From positions 7,024,399-7,088,398 of the forward strand of contig MU053934.1 in the NCBI GenBank assembly GCA_013239625.1: a stretch of 64,000 nt of DNA, given 5' to 3'. Position 1 is the first letter of the stretch. Each line of letters opens with the position of its first letter. This stretch comes from Lama guanicoe (taxonomy: Eukaryota). Below are positions 25,601 to 40,100 of this stretch, in pieces. Position numbers and translations under genes: made by a program. The notes under the pieces were generated by a model. It had not been told where the DNA came from. It saw only the letters and a program-made list of their open reading frames with translations, and searched no databases.

Positions 25601-27015
25601 GGGAAGTGGAGTATAGAATTCAACCCCAGTTCCCTCCAGACAGTTTCTGATCTGCCACTAATAGGCTATGTGACGTTGGGCCTGTGCCTGTCCCATACCT
25701 TCTTCATCAATAAAATTGGGGGGGGGGGTCTTTGGTCTTAGAACTCAGACCCTCCCAGGTGTGAAAAATCATACCTGGAACTTCCAAACTCTGCTTGGAG
25801 GGTCTGCTGTCCCGTCCTCCCATCAAGCGCACGCTGACTCTTTCAGGGCGTAAATAAATACACGATGTCTACTCAAGAAGTAAGAGTGACAGGTACTAGA
25901 AGGCAGCGATCCTTATAAAAATAGCTGTTTTCAGACCAGAAGTTACAAAATGTTCCTTCTCCAAAGGCTGCAAGGTATTCCAAAGACAGAAATCAAGTAG
26001 GCAGAGGCCTGCTCTTTGGGGGATATTACAAACAGAAAAGTTAGAGAGGTGGAGACCTCTATTTCCAATAGGAATAAGGCAGATTCTTAGTTCGGAATCT
26101 TCCCTCTTCCACTGATGTCAGACAGAGCAACAGGGGAAGGAAAAAATAAACCACAAGCTACAGCTTTAGGGAAACCAGGAGCAGGAAAAACCCATAAACC
26201 TCAAGTCACATGTCAAGTGTGGCACAAAGCACCTGAGGCCAGCAGACACGGCAGTGAGGGGGGAGAATGGGGTGCAGGGGGCACCCAGTAGCATAAGATC
26301 ACAGAAATCACCACCTCTAAGAGGAAGATGAACATGTTAGGAGACAGGAGCTGGGAGCTGAATGAACCAGGAGGGGTCAAGGTTGGAGGCAGCGGCCCCT
26401 TGAGCCAGGTTGGGTCCTGAGAGGCAATAGCAGAGTAGATTCAGAGGAAGGCCATAGTTTAAAGGAACAGTCCCTTCCCGTGAAGACAGAGGAGGGAGCC
26501 TTTCAGCAGAGAAATCTAGAGAACTATCCTGGCCTTGCTCCTAGTTTCCACCAAAACCTCCTGTTAGTTGCTGGTCCAGGAAAATTCAACTAATTGAAAT
26601 AGAGGGGAAAAAATTGTTAAAGGAATAAACACAACATCTGTACAAAGATGCTACATGAATAAAAAGAGAGGAACACTGATGTTCTCTTATGTATAAAGAA
26701 GATTCCACCATAAAAATATTGCCATAAAACAAATAAAAATTATAATCCAAAATTACAGCACAAATTTAAAAAGAAACAAATAAATAAAAAAACCTTGAGA
26801 GAAGTAACCCCAGCCTGAAGGAAGACCAAAGGGTAGAAATATAAGAACTGGAGAAGAAATGGATAGAAAAAATGATGGCAAGACATGAAGATGATAGCTG
26901 ACAACTGACAGATCTCAGGAAAAAACTGTAAGAAAAAGACAAAAACATTTCAGAAATGAAGACCAAACTACAAGAAATACAAGGGAGACACACTCCATGC
27001 CAAATACAGTAAGAG

Positions 27016-28105
27016 CTTTGGCACAGCTAAGGATACTATCAGCAGAATGAAAAGACAACCTACAGAATGGGAGACAATATTTGCAATGATGAGACCAACA
27101 AGGGACCAATTTCCAAAATATACAAACAGCTCATACACCTTAATATCAAAAAAGCAGGCAGCCCAACCGAAAAATGGGCAGAGGACATCTTCCCAAAGAA
27201 GACATACGGATGGCCAACAAGCACATGAAAAGATGATCAACATCACTAATTAACCGTTAGAGAAATGCAAATTAAAACTACAATAATGAATCACCTCATA
27301 CCAGTCAGAATGGCCATTGTCAAAGAGTTTTCAAACAATAAATGCTGGAGAGGGTGTGGAGAAAACGGAACCCTCTGAAACTGTTGGCGGGAATGTAATT
27401 TGGTCCAGCCACTACGGAAAACAGTATGGAGATTCCTTAAAAAATTAAAAATAGACCTACCATATGATCCAGCAATCCCATTCCTGGGCACATATCCAGA
27501 GAAAAATATAATTCAAGAAGACCCATACACCCCAGTGTTCACAGGAGCACTATTTACAATAGCCAAGACATGGAAACAACCCAAAGTCATCTATTGACAG
27601 ATGACTGGATAAAGAAGATATGGTATATATATGATGGAAGACTACTCAATCATAAAAAGAATAAAATAATGCCATTTGCAGAAACATGGATGGACCTGGA
27701 GATTGTCATTATAAGTGAAGTAAGCCAGAAAGAGAAAGAAAAATGCCATATGATATTATTTATATGGGAAACTAAAAAAAAAAAAAACAAAAAGAAAGAA
27801 AAAAAAAAAAAAAAAAAAAAGACACAAATGTACTTATCTACAAAACAGAAACAGACTCAGAGAAAGACTCACAGACATAGGGAACAAACCTATGGTTATC
27901 AGGGGATATAGTAGGTAGGAAGGGATAAATTGGAAATTCGAAAACTGCACCTCTTGGGGAATGATGGAAATGTTAGCTGTCTTGATTGTAGTCGTGGTTT
28001 TATTGGCGTAGACATCTATCAAAATTCATCAAATTGTACATCTAAAATATGTGTAGTTTACTGTACAGGAACCATATCACAGTAAAGGTGTTAAAAAATA
28101 AAAAT
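27016..28105 (+). mobile_element. Younger L1 insertion with a chimeric 3' end
   Basis: Perfect 14 bp TSD AAATACAGTAAGAG (27002-27015, 28106-28119). ORF2 motifs MKRQPTEWE and [26 protein letters not shown]. Confidence 0.9.
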
Positions 28106-28599
28106 AAATACAGTAAGAGGTATAGAGATTAAAATGAGAAAAGTGAACAAAATCAAACAGCAATAATCAAAGAGAACAAAGAACTCAAGAAAATGAAAAA
28201 AGAGAAGATACGTAAAGGAGATCCAACAAGGGTATAACTGGAGTTTCCAAAGAAGAAAACTAGAACAATTGACCAGAAGAAATACTTAAAATTACAATTC
28301 AGGAAAAATTTCCTGAAATAATGGAAGGCCTGATTTCATGAATTGTAAAGGTACCCCATGCCCTAGAGAACAGTGACCCAGAATGGTGAATCCCAAGACA
28401 CATTCTAATAAAATGATGAGAACTTTAAAGACATAAAAATAAATCTTTGGGCAGCTACACAAAAAGATGAAGCCATCTATGAAAGAAAGAGCATCAGGCT
28501 TGGGTCAGATTTCTCAGCAGATCTTCAATGACAGAAGATAGTAGAGCAACACCCATAGGATCCTTAAGATAAGAAAGTTTTGAGCTAAAGATGAATAAA

Positions 28600-28912
28600 T
28601 GGTTGTCCCTTGGTATTCACTTGGGAAATTAGTTCCTGGGCCCCCGCAGCTACCAAAATCCATAGATGCTCAAGTCCATAATATAAAATGGCGTAGTATT
28701 GGCATATAAGCTAGGCACATCTTTCCGTATACTCTAAATCTTCTCTAGATTATTTATAATACCTAATACAATGAAAATGCTGTGTAAATAGTTGCTGGTC
28801 TGCAGCAAATTCAAGCTTTGCTTTTTGGAACTTTCTGGAATTTTTTTTTCTTTTAATATTTTCCATCCATGGTTGGTTGAATCTGTAGATGTGTAACTCA
28901 TAGATACAGAGC
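28600..28912 (+). mobile_element. Tigger-family MITE (MER2-like)
   Basis: Motifs CCAAAATCCATAGATGCTCAAGTCC and TGGTTGGTTGAATCTGTAGATG. Confidence 0.75.
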
Positions 28913-31900
28913 ATATAGCCAAGCTGTTCTTTTAAATATAAAGGTCACATAGCAATAGTTTCTAAGTATGAGGTAGCTTAAGTGATATTGTTCCGATGAG
29001 GAAAACTGAGGAAGAAGCACAGCCAACCAAATGGTGCCTGGAACAACTTCAGTAACAGGACCGAATATATTTGACTTGAGCTCGCCTCCCTCACTACTCC
29101 CCTCCCCCTCCCCCCAAAAGAGGTAGGAATAAGGATGACAGAATGGAATGACAACGTTATCTAGTCAGACAATTTAAAAATGATACAACTAAACAAAAAA
29201 TTGGTAGGCCAGGCTGAAAGAAGGTGGAAAACAGGACAACTCAGTGGTGGCCTCATCTTTCATTGCTAGGGGTAAAAGCTAAAATATCAAGTAGTCAAAG
29301 TTCAAGCATATTTAAAGTACAAAGGTGACAGTGAGAAGGGTAATACTACCCAATTTTGTTGCATCTAATAAGATGCATCCTTATGCTACATGCTGCTAAA
29401 AAATGAAAATGCTGCCTAAGTGATGTCGCTTTCCTTCCTTGTTATGCAGAATTTTTATTTTGCAAGAATGTTTAGGTCAGATTTTTAAAGCACCAATCAT
29501 GCCTCTGTGCATACATAAAAAGGAAAATAAGTGAAATAAATTGTTCCTGAAAGATGTTCCTGAAACTTCACCACACACAAAACCTGATTCTTCTGAATGA
29601 CTTCAACTCAGTGTCACTGATGTCTGTTTTCCTACATGGTACCATCAAGTCCATTTTATATAACACACTTGAGCATCTGAGAATTTTGGTAGCCAGAGGA
29701 GACCTGAAACCAATTCTTAAAAGAGTGCTTCACTCTTGTCTCCGGAATTTTCTTCCAAGTTATGGACACCTCTCCAGGTTTGCATGTCATTCTATAAGCA
29801 GACAGCAGCAACACAAGAACACCATCTGACCAAGAGCTTCTAGAGGCACTGGGATGGAAAGAATATATGCCTTAATCACTCAACACAGTATCAGCTGAAA
29901 TGGGGTGGTGACAAGAGAAGGGGGAGGATGAAGAAGAAACAAGTTAAATTTATTGTTTTTCATAGAAAAGAAATAGATATCGTCTAAAGAAAGAAGGAAC
30001 TGAGAGTATTACATAAAAGGTAAATACAAATATAGCCACTAGAACAAATATACAAGCTTTCCTAAATATCAGGACTAATTTTTTTAAAAAAGCAAAGAAA
30101 ACAGGCCATACAGTAAAAGAATAAAGGATATAGCCCTCTCAAATGCACCAAGACATATTTACGTACATATGTACATAATATGACTGAACAGATAACAGAC
30201 ATCTGTCTTATCAATAAATATAAATAGACTTAACTCACTTATCTTTACAAAGAGAAAGATTTTTAGTTTCAATCCCAAGTAAAACCCAACTCTATCCTGT
30301 ATTCAAGACACATACATCAAAAAAGTGATTTAGAATGGTTAAAAGTAAAAGAATGAGCAAAGGTTTAAAGATAAATATGAACAAAAACAAAGCTGGGGCC
30401 ATGACCTTCGTATCAGACAACAGAATTGAAAACAAACATCACTAAATGAGCCAGAGAAGGACCATTTGTAATGCTAAATGGTGTAATTCACAATCACCAA
30501 GAACACTGCAGCAATTTTCAGGAAGATGAAATTACAGGGATATTAGGATAACTAGATTGAAACACACTAATAACAGATTTTAATTTACCTCTCTCAGCCC
30601 AAGACCCAAGTAGATCAAACATATATAAGAATTCTGAAGACCTAAATAAAATAATCAGAAGGTACTAGGCTGCATCAAACTCTCCAACCTAATCATAGAT
30701 AATGCACTTAAAAAACAAATTGAATTACAGTCAGTTACAATGTGTCAGTTTCTGATGCACAGTACATACATATATTCCCAGTCTTGTATATACATACATA
30801 TATTCCTTTTTATATTCTTTTTCATTAAAGGTTTTTACAAGATAGTGAATATAGTTCCCTGCTGCACTTTGTTTTGAAGAGCTGATGAAACATTTGTGAA
30901 AATTAAAAACCTCAACAATATCCAAAAATATAAAAAATATAGACATTTTATAATCAAAAGGCCATAGACTAAAAGTTAATTTAAGTCAGGAAATAAAAAA
31001 AAAAACAAAACCCTCTTGGACAATTCTTGAGTCAAAAGGGAAAACACAAATTTAATTTGTAGGATTCCTAGAAAACAACCATAATCAAACTACCATGGAT
31101 CTAAATCTACAGGCTACAGCTGCAGAAATAATCAGAAGACTATATATAGCTTCCAATACATGTGACAAGTAAAACAGAACAGTTTTAATAGTAATAAAGA
31201 AAGAAAACACCAGGCTAAAAATGTTTTAAAAAAAAACCCCATAAAATAAATAGAAAGAATAAGGAAAGAATTAAGAAAGATTAAAGCAGATATAAACTAA
31301 GAAACAGATAAGCAGTAGAACTAAGAAATAAGGCCAAAAGCTGGCTCTGTGGAAAAAATTCAGTAAATATATATAAATCACCATTAACCTAATTAAGAAA
31401 AAAGGGGAGTAAAAGGATAAGGAGAAAGCAACCTATGCAAACTAAGAAATGCCAAATGGGAAAGTTACCAAAGAAGTAGAGGAAAATTTTTTCTTTTTAA
31501 TCAAAAGAGAGTACTTTGCAAATAAAATTTAAAACCTGAAAAAAATAATTTCTAGACAAATGTAATATATCAAGACTGTTCCCGGAACAGACAGTCTGGA
31601 CAAGGCCAACTTTCACATAAGAAATAGAATTATAAAAGATCAATAAGAAATAAAAGCAACAGGGCAAGACATTTTTAGAGGGGAATCTTGCAAACTTAAA
31701 TAACAGAAAATTCCAATGCTTTTAAAACTGTTCAATAGTAAAATATGAGAAGGAAAACTTAAAAGAAATTTAAAATATAACATAGATACCAAAACCTGAC
31801 AAAGATTGCACAAGATACCCTGCTGACTGATATCACTTATGAATATTATTGTAAAAATCAAATAACTAGAATAAAGCAAATAACTAGAACTCAGCAGCAC

Positions 31901-34900
31901 ATTAAAAGAATGAAACATCAACCAAGTGGGATTTATTCCTGGAATGCAAGGATGGTTCAATATAAGGATATCATTATTTATCATATTCAAGATCCAAGGA
32001 GAAAAATCTTACTGTCATCCTCAAAAAATGCTAATAAAACACTTAACAAAACTTCCAGCGCCCTTTCTGGATAAATTAGGAATCAATGGATACTTTCTTA
32101 ACAAAATTATATATATCAACATCAAAGCCAGGAGCCAGCTTCATACTCTGGGGAGCATGCGTACACAGCTTCACATGTGACAGAACTCCTGCTGAAGACA
32201 GGGAAAAGACATAGGTGCCCAGCACCATCACGGACACTGAAGCAATTTGGCAAGAAAAAGAAATTAGAGATATGAAAACTGAACAGAAAAAGTTAAAACT
32301 ACTGCTATTGTCATATGGTACTAATGTATACCTGGGGAAGTCAAGAGAAACCATTGAAAAGCTACTACTAATAAAAAGAAATACTGGTATAGATATGCAT
32401 GCCTGGGACACTGTGCTGGACATGAGAAATTGACACATTGTAACTGACTACATTTCAATTTTAAAAAAAGAGAGAAAAAAGTATAAAAAAATACTGTAGG
32501 ATGGTGGGACACACACACACACATACAGAAATATAAACAACAAGCAGTTACAAGCAGAAGATGAAAGGAAAGGAAAAGACGCCCACTTACAACCACCACC
32601 ACCACAATACTTGGGGTTACACTTGACAAAATATGTTCAATATTTATGTGAGGAAAATTTCAAAGCCATTGAAAGCACAAACTAAACTTGAACAAATAGA
32701 AAAGCTGTCTTATGTTTTTGGATAGAAGATTCAGCCTCATAAAGATGTAGATTTTCTTTAAGCCCATTTATAAATTGCATGGGATTCTGGAATTAGACAA
32801 ATTGATTCTACAAAGTTCATCTTGAAATATAAACAAGCAAGAATCTACAGGAAAACTTTGAGAAGGAGGCGCACACGAGGAAGGACTAGTCTTTTAGACA
32901 TTAAAATATATTATAAAGCCCCAATAATTAAAAATACATAGTCTTAGCATATGAACAGACAGGGTAATGAAACAAAATAAATCACAGAAATAATATGGTT
33001 CTTGCATATCCAATAAAGGCAGCCTCTCCAATCAGTAAAGCAAAAAAAAAAAAAAGATCTTTTAATACAGGTGTTGGGCAAGTGGAATAGCCACTAGGGA
33101 AAAAAACCAGCTGGGTTCATATCTTAGAACACACCCCAGGATAAACTCTCAATGTAAAATAATAAACGTTTAGAACAAACATTGGTGAATTCCTTTAGAA
33201 CCTTAGAGTTGGGAAGGTTTTCTTAAATATGTGTGAAATCCAGAAGCCATTAAAAAAAAAAAGATGAGTAAACCTGACTCCTTGAAAGAACAAACTTCTC
33301 CACATCCTACCTGCAAACACCAAGAAAGTCAAGGTACCAGTGACAACCTGGGATAACTTCTGCGCCTCTCAGATCCCCAAAGTCTAATTTTTCTACAGAT
33401 AAAGAGATCCCACACGTCAAGGAGAAAAACTCCAAGAGTCCAAAAGACAATGGTCCAAGGACAGTTCACACACACGCAAAACAGGTAAGCAAGATCAGGG
33501 AGCTTTTTGTAGGTAAGAGAAACGCAAGTCAAAATACTCAGATAGCATCTCTCACCTGTCAGATGGGCAAGAATCCAAAACTTTGACAACACATTCTTCT
33601 GGCAAGGCTGTGAGGAAACGGGCATTCCATATACTGCTGGTAGGCAGGCCAAATGGTCCTGCACATACAGTTACCCTTTCGCCACACAAGCCCACTCTGA
33701 ATTTATCCTACAGATAAGTGATATTTGTACCAGTCACAGGTTTGTTGGCAATTGCAAATGACTGGAAACAACCCAAGGTCTTTCTTGAAGGGGCTGATTA
33801 AATACACAGTGACACTGACACACATGGAAAACAGCAGCAGCTCCCAGAGGGCAGGGCCCACGGCCACTCACTGTCTCGTCCCCCGTGGCCAGCACAGACC
33901 CTAGCACATAATAGGTGCTCAGTACATATTTTCTGAATGAATAGATGATCCCTAAACTGCCCAGAAAGTCAAGATCAAATGTGGTAAGCAGCCCAGGGCA
34001 GTGGCATCTGCAAACTGTAAACCCTGAGTGGATGCAGATTACAAAGGTTAAGAAAGTGTAACTGGTGTGTCTTGCCTCACCATCCTGAGGGTACAAAATA
34101 AGGTCACATGTTGTAACCTTCATATTAAAATACCTGGCTGTTCACCAGTCCCAGGAGAGAAAAGGTGACCTTCCCAATACTGTTCAGCTGAAGAAACGCA
34201 GGAGCAGGACTTGCCCCCAGGGATGTCTGCCCCTAAGTCTCAGACCCTCCTTTCTTCCCCAAGGCCACCCTGCCCTCCCTCCCAGTCAGTCCAGCTCTGT
34301 AGTAGAGCCTGGGCTTGGTTTCTCAGGAGCAGGGTGAAGTCACCCTCCTTGAGCTTTCTGCTCAGCTGAGGGAGCTGTAAGTCACCATGAGTCTGGACAC
34401 CCACACATTTACTCTCAGGGAAACTGGACTGGGAGACGGGGTGCCACTTTATACAGAATGGTTAGGGATGGTCTCTCTGAAAAGCTGACACTTGTGCAGC
34501 AACTGGAAGGAAATGAGGGCACAAGCCATATGGATATCTGGGGGAAGTGTGTCCAGGGAGGGAAATCAGTAAGTGCAAAGGCCCTGGGGCATGTGTGCCT
34601 GAGGTGTTGATGGATCAGCTGGGAGGATGAAGGTACCAGGAGAGGAGACAGGACAGATAAGGGGACACTGGACCATGGGGGGCCCTTGAGGGACACTGGA
34701 GGATTGGATTGCTGATTGGGAGGGGGTGCCATTGAGAGATTTTGAGGAGGAAAGGGCTACCAGGTGACTTAGGATTTAAAGAAATCTTTAAGATCTGGCT
34801 GCTTTTTGAGACTGAACCACAGGGGACGTGTGGTAACAAGAAAGCAGTTATGAGGCTGTTGTGATAATCCAGGGAGGGAGGTGCAGGGCAGAGAAATAGG

Positions 34901-35616
34901 GGGAGAGCCCCTCTCTGAACAGACCCCCACCACCACCACTCCCTCATTGGTGCCACGGCCACAGCCCAGATCAGCTCTCTCCATCTCGCCGTCTCTTTGT
35001 CCTGGGACCCACCACCCCAGCCTCCTCTCCCTGGCTTACTGCCTCAGCTCCAAGCAGGCTCCCAGACCCCACATTGCTGAGGCCTTGTGGGCACTTCCCT
35101 TCAGCCCTGCCCCTCTCCAGGCCCAAGACTTCCAGACCAGCCAAGCTGACATCCACTGTATTGCTCAAACCATCAGGCTCCGGGAATTCCAAGTTTCTGC
35201 ATCATGCTAATTTCTCTTCCAGAATGTCCTTCCATGCTCCCCCACCCAGGAACTTCCTAACCATAAGAGGAGGGAAGTTTGCTGTCTGCCAAGAACACAC
35301 CACATGTCAGGTGCCCTACGAGGCATTGCTCGTCCTTCACCTTACTGTGTCTTCAAGTCCACCACGGTGGCCCCTTTTACAGACAGAAAACTAATGTGCA
35401 GAGGAAAGGTGCTGCTTGGCTAGTAAAGGTGGGAGGCAGGATTTGCACACAGGTATGTCTGTCCCCAAGTCTCAGACCCTCCTTCCTCAGTCTGCTCTGA
35501 CCTAGGTGAGTAGAGCAGCCACCTCCAGAAAGTCACCTGGATTTTGTCCCAGTGGACTGGGTCCCCATTGCTGCACATACTGGCACACGGCAGGAGCTCG
35601 TGGCTACCTTCCAAAG

Positions 35617-35618
<2 letters not shown>

Positions 35619-35653
<35 letters not shown>
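35619..35653. repeat. (GT)n microsatellite
   Basis: Uninterrupted GT run. Confidence 0.95.
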
Positions 35654-35656
<3 letters not shown>

Positions 35657-36940
35657 CACTCACCCCAAACCCTGCATTTCACCCACAGCCTAGACCCGGG
35701 CAGACCTTCAGAGCCCCAGGGTGAGTCCTATGGGGAAAGACTAAGGTGAATTTGGCCTTGGAGTGAACTGAGATCAGAGGAAAGTGGGCACTGTGTCAGA
35801 CACTGTCCACCCTGCCTGAGACTCTAAATGACGTTAAATTAGGGAGGGCCTGGCACACAGCAGGCACATCATAAATGTGTGATCACCAGATGAGTGGGGA
35901 GGGGTGAAGGTGAGCTGTCACAGTACCCTCCATGCCTTTGCAAATGATGGTGAAAACCTGAAAGCAAAATCAACTCCTCCCTATTGCTCAAGCCCACCAG
36001 CTCTGGGAATTCCAAGTTTCGGAAACATGTGCTTCCCTCTTCCAAAATGTCCCTCCACCTTCCCCTGCCCGGCAACCTCCTAACCACAATAGGTAAGATA
36101 AATTGCCATTTGCCAAGTATCCACCAAAATGCTGTTGTGGTTTTCTTCATACCTCTGACTGTTGCCTATGTATTTCCACGATGTATACGCAGACAGAGCA
36201 CAGCTGGCGGGGCTGCCTGCTCCCAGTCTTACGAGGGCTGACATGTATTTGCAGGTTTGGGGAGGTGTCCAGTCCCCACCCCGCAGTGACACCTCCTGCT
36301 TTGCTCTCTGTCTTGAAGACAGTGTGGAGCCACTGAAGACGAGGCGAGGGCATGTGACGTGTCAGCATTTTGCTTTATTCTTCCCAGTCCTTCCCAGTGT
36401 GATACCCACCCCCCCACACACAGAGCGGTGTTTACACACAACCGCGGGCAGGAGACGCACAAAAGGCGATCCTATTACACACGCTGTTCTATGCCTCGTT
36501 TTATTTTTCACTGAAAAATACACAGGGGCCCTGTAGCTGCACTACCAGACCCATTCCTAAAACTCATCGGACTGGATGCTTGCAATGACTTGTAAATCAC
36601 ACCTGAATAAAATTGTTTGGAAATATACACGATGTCCTTCATGGTATGTCTATAAACACAGCTCCACACCCTGACTTTCCGGGGCTACACTGGACCTCGT
36701 CACCCAGCAGTGCCATCCTTCATTTCACCTCGTTCCCAGCTTGGCTCCTGGAAATGTGACTTCTGTCTTTTGGCTTACGTGGACAATACCCATGGTGAGC
36801 ATCTTAGCACTCACATCTTTGAACACATCCTTAATTATTTCCATAGGACTGGTTCCTAGAAATGCGCCCCCTTGGTCAAAGGAAATGTAATTTAAGGTTT
36901 TAGATACAGATCCCTCACTTGTGTCCAGAAGGGTTTAGCA

Positions 36941-37101
36941 GGGAGGGTATAGCTCAGTGGTAGAGCATGTATTTAGCATTTACGAGGTTCTGGGTTCAAT
37001 CCCCAGTACCTCCATTAAAATAATAAATAAATAAACAAACAAACAAACAAATAAATAAAAACTTAATTACCTCCCCCCCAAATTAATTAATAATTAAAAA
37101 A
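36941..37101 (+). mobile_element. tRNA-derived SINE (Vic-1-like)
   Basis: A/B boxes and an (AAAT/AAAC)n tail; TSD AGAAGGGTT on both sides. Confidence 0.9.
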
Positions 37102-40100
37102 AGAAGGGTTCAAAGGCATCCAAGAAGTCCAAGTTTTCTCCATGTCAGGACGGGCTCACCTTCCCATTCTCTTGTCACAGAAGGGTTGGATGTGGCTGAG
37201 TCAACATTTATTAAAATTATTATGGAGTCATTTTGGTTTAATAATAACAATAGTGAATCTTTTCTGAGGGCTTACCACACACAGCCATTAGTCAAAGCAG
37301 GTTTCATTCAGTAACTGGTTTAATTCTCCCAATAGCTATGTGTGGCAGGTCCTCTCGTTATGAACTACAGTTTAAGAGTTGAGGAAACCGAGGCACAGCT
37401 GGGATTCAAACACCCTCTGCCAGGTGAAAGGAGTCTGCCTGCAGTCCCGCCAAGTTCGTCAGGGCTCAGGTCAGGTAGGCCACTGCGGCCTGGAGCTCAG
37501 ATCCCACTGTGGTCAAGAAGAGGCTCTTGACTCTGAGTCTCAGTCCCCTGATCTGTAAAGTGGGAATGACAGCACAGGATGGCCCAGAGGGTAAAACAGT
37601 TCAGGTAACAAAGTGTCTGGCACCTAGTAGGGGCTCAGTCGATGGAAGGCCGCCCTCGACCCAGGGGGACTGCCTTGGAGACCGGCAGGAAGAAGCAAAT
37701 AAAAATTACACACAATTGTAGGGCCAGGGGTGGAGGCTGTCTGGGCTCTGTATCTGGGACAGTGGCTTCTGCTCTTTCAAATCAAGCCTGTTCATGGAAT
37801 GTGAAGACCACTTTGCCGGTTGTACTGTCACGTGACTGTCCACCTAGCAACTCAGACTTTGCACAGGTGTGATATCCAGAAGGCTGTGTGCTCCTGCTGG
37901 AGTTGGCTCCTGGGCCAGCGTGGGCACAGGGGAGGGTGTGCGGCACCGGCCAGGAAGGGAAGGGACTCTCCTAGTCCTTTGGCCAACTCTGTGGAGCTGG
38001 AAGCTCCGGACTCACTGGTTTCTGTCCAGAGGGAAGACAAACTGAGGCAGACAGGAGAGGAAGGGACACTCACTCACCAAGTGAGAGAGAGTAAGATGGA
38101 CACTGCTTCCTGGCGCCTACTGGAGATGGAGGCTCAGAGAGGAAAGTGATTCCCAGAAGCCTGCGGTTAGTGCTGGGGGAGCCAGCCCTGCCACTCATCA
38201 CCTGACTGACCCTAAGCAAGGCACTTCCCCACCCTCTGGAGTCTGTCAGTGGAGGATGATAACACCTGCTACCTCCCAGGGAAACAGGGAGAGCCCAAGG
38301 GAATGAGGCTGGCAAACAGCACAGGGAGCTGGGGACCCAGGTCCAGAACACTCTCTCCACTGTGAAGATCAAAGCCAATTCATAAGGTGCCCTCCCAGCG
38401 TCCTCCCTCACGCCTCCTGTCCTCACCAGCTCAGAAGGTCCTTCTGGACCAGTTCCAGACCCCTCCTACCTCCTGCATCCTCTGGGACCTCATTCTATCA
38501 GCCTGCCCTTCCTTCTCTGGGGGAGCGGGGAGCTGCAGCCACTCCTTTTTCTGGCTCTTTCCCATCAGCTTAAAAATGCAGCCAAGTCTCCCTTATCGAA
38601 AAGCACACACACAGATAAAGTAAAATAAAAATTAAAAATGCACTCCTCAAATACACACACCATCACGCAACAAAAATAAAGGCCAAATGATAACCTGGGA
38701 GAAGATCTTTGCTGCAAAGAGACCAGACAAGGGGCAAATATCTCACTGATGAGCTCAAACAAATAACTAAGAGACACACAAAGATCCTAGATGTTCACAC
38801 TCTTTGACCCAGTATTTCCAGGAAATAACGAGAAATGCACATTCACAGCCGGAGGAAGTACGCAATGGTACAGGCCCTCTGGAGAGACAGCTGGCTGGCT
38901 CTAGGTGTGACCATTTTAGAGGTTCATATGCACTGACCACCAGGTAATTCCATTCCAGAAAAAAATCTAGCAGTGTATAAGTTTATGTATAAACTCCATG
39001 TAACATAATCTAAAAGAGCCAAATATTTTTTAAAAACCCCAAACCTAAATGTCAAATGAGATCCAATAACTAAATACGATGTAACAATACCTAAGCATTG
39101 AAAAATATTAAAAAATAATGTTTGAGAAAGGTGAGGAATTTGAAACATTTATATGGACAAGATATTTAAGTATGTACCAAAGTGATTTTTAAAAAGCCTG
39201 ACAAAAAAGCAAATTTTAACATTAGTTATCCCCAAGCGACGTGAATATGGAATTTCTTTCTCCTTCTTCTTTCAGTTAATTCATTCAAGCAAAATATCGT
39301 GAACACCTACTCTGTGTCAGGCTGGGCACTAGGCTTCAGGCAAGTTTCCTTCCTCCAGGAGCTTCCAATCTGGAGAGCAGATGTGAAACAATGAAATGCA
39401 GGTCAACCAACAGGAGTCGAGGACACCCCTAGAAGGTACCTGGCCGGGAGGAAATGCATTCCAGAGAGCACAGCCTGCACAGCTTGGGTGGCCAGGTGGA
39501 AGGTGGAGCCATCCCCTAACCCACCTGGAAGTGCAGCAGCTGGGGGAAGGGGTTGGGGGAGGGATTTGGGGAGCTTCGGGCCCAGGCAGATTCAGTGATG
39601 GGGTGGGTCACAACTTCCTGATGTTCTGAGTAAGTTACCCTGAAAGATTCTGCCAACCCTGCACACACTGGGGACGTGGGACCCTCGCACTCACCGGGAG
39701 CAAGCCCACTAGCCCAGGCAGCTACAGGGCTTCGATGGGTACAAGGAAACAAAACACATTTTAAAGAATTTCCACTTCGGAGTTTGTCCTCTAATACTGA
39801 GACGCCCTAGCAGACAAGCAGGGACAGGCACCCAATGCAATAGCAATGTGTCTGGGAGAAGACTGAACAATGGATGGGGTTCCATCTTGATTCTCCTTTT
39901 CTTTTTTATTTGGGCCTGATTTGCAGACTCTCCTAGAGGACCTGGCGGTGGGAACACGGAGTGCAGACATGGGCATGGAGGTGATAGTCCTGGCCAGCCT
40001 GGGCCCTGCTTCGTCACCCTGGGCAGGGTGGCTCCCCCTTCTTTGGGAGGAGGTAACAAAGGGGAAGTCCTTGGCAACTGGAGAAGTCGGGGAGGGGCAG

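Larger units (their letters stand above)
26700..33830 (+). mobile_element. Long degraded ancient L1 in intron 1 (antisense to A4GALT) with nested insertions
   Basis: A-rich plus strand and the RT motif GFIPGMQGWFNIR at 31926. Short younger L1 3' ends are nested at ~30720-30866 (-) and ~32388-32480 (+). Confidence 0.75.

Noticed and set aside
37500..39700. Orthologue of the human P1/P2 regulatory SNP region or alternative exon 2a
   Set aside because: It cannot be located reliably without an alignment.
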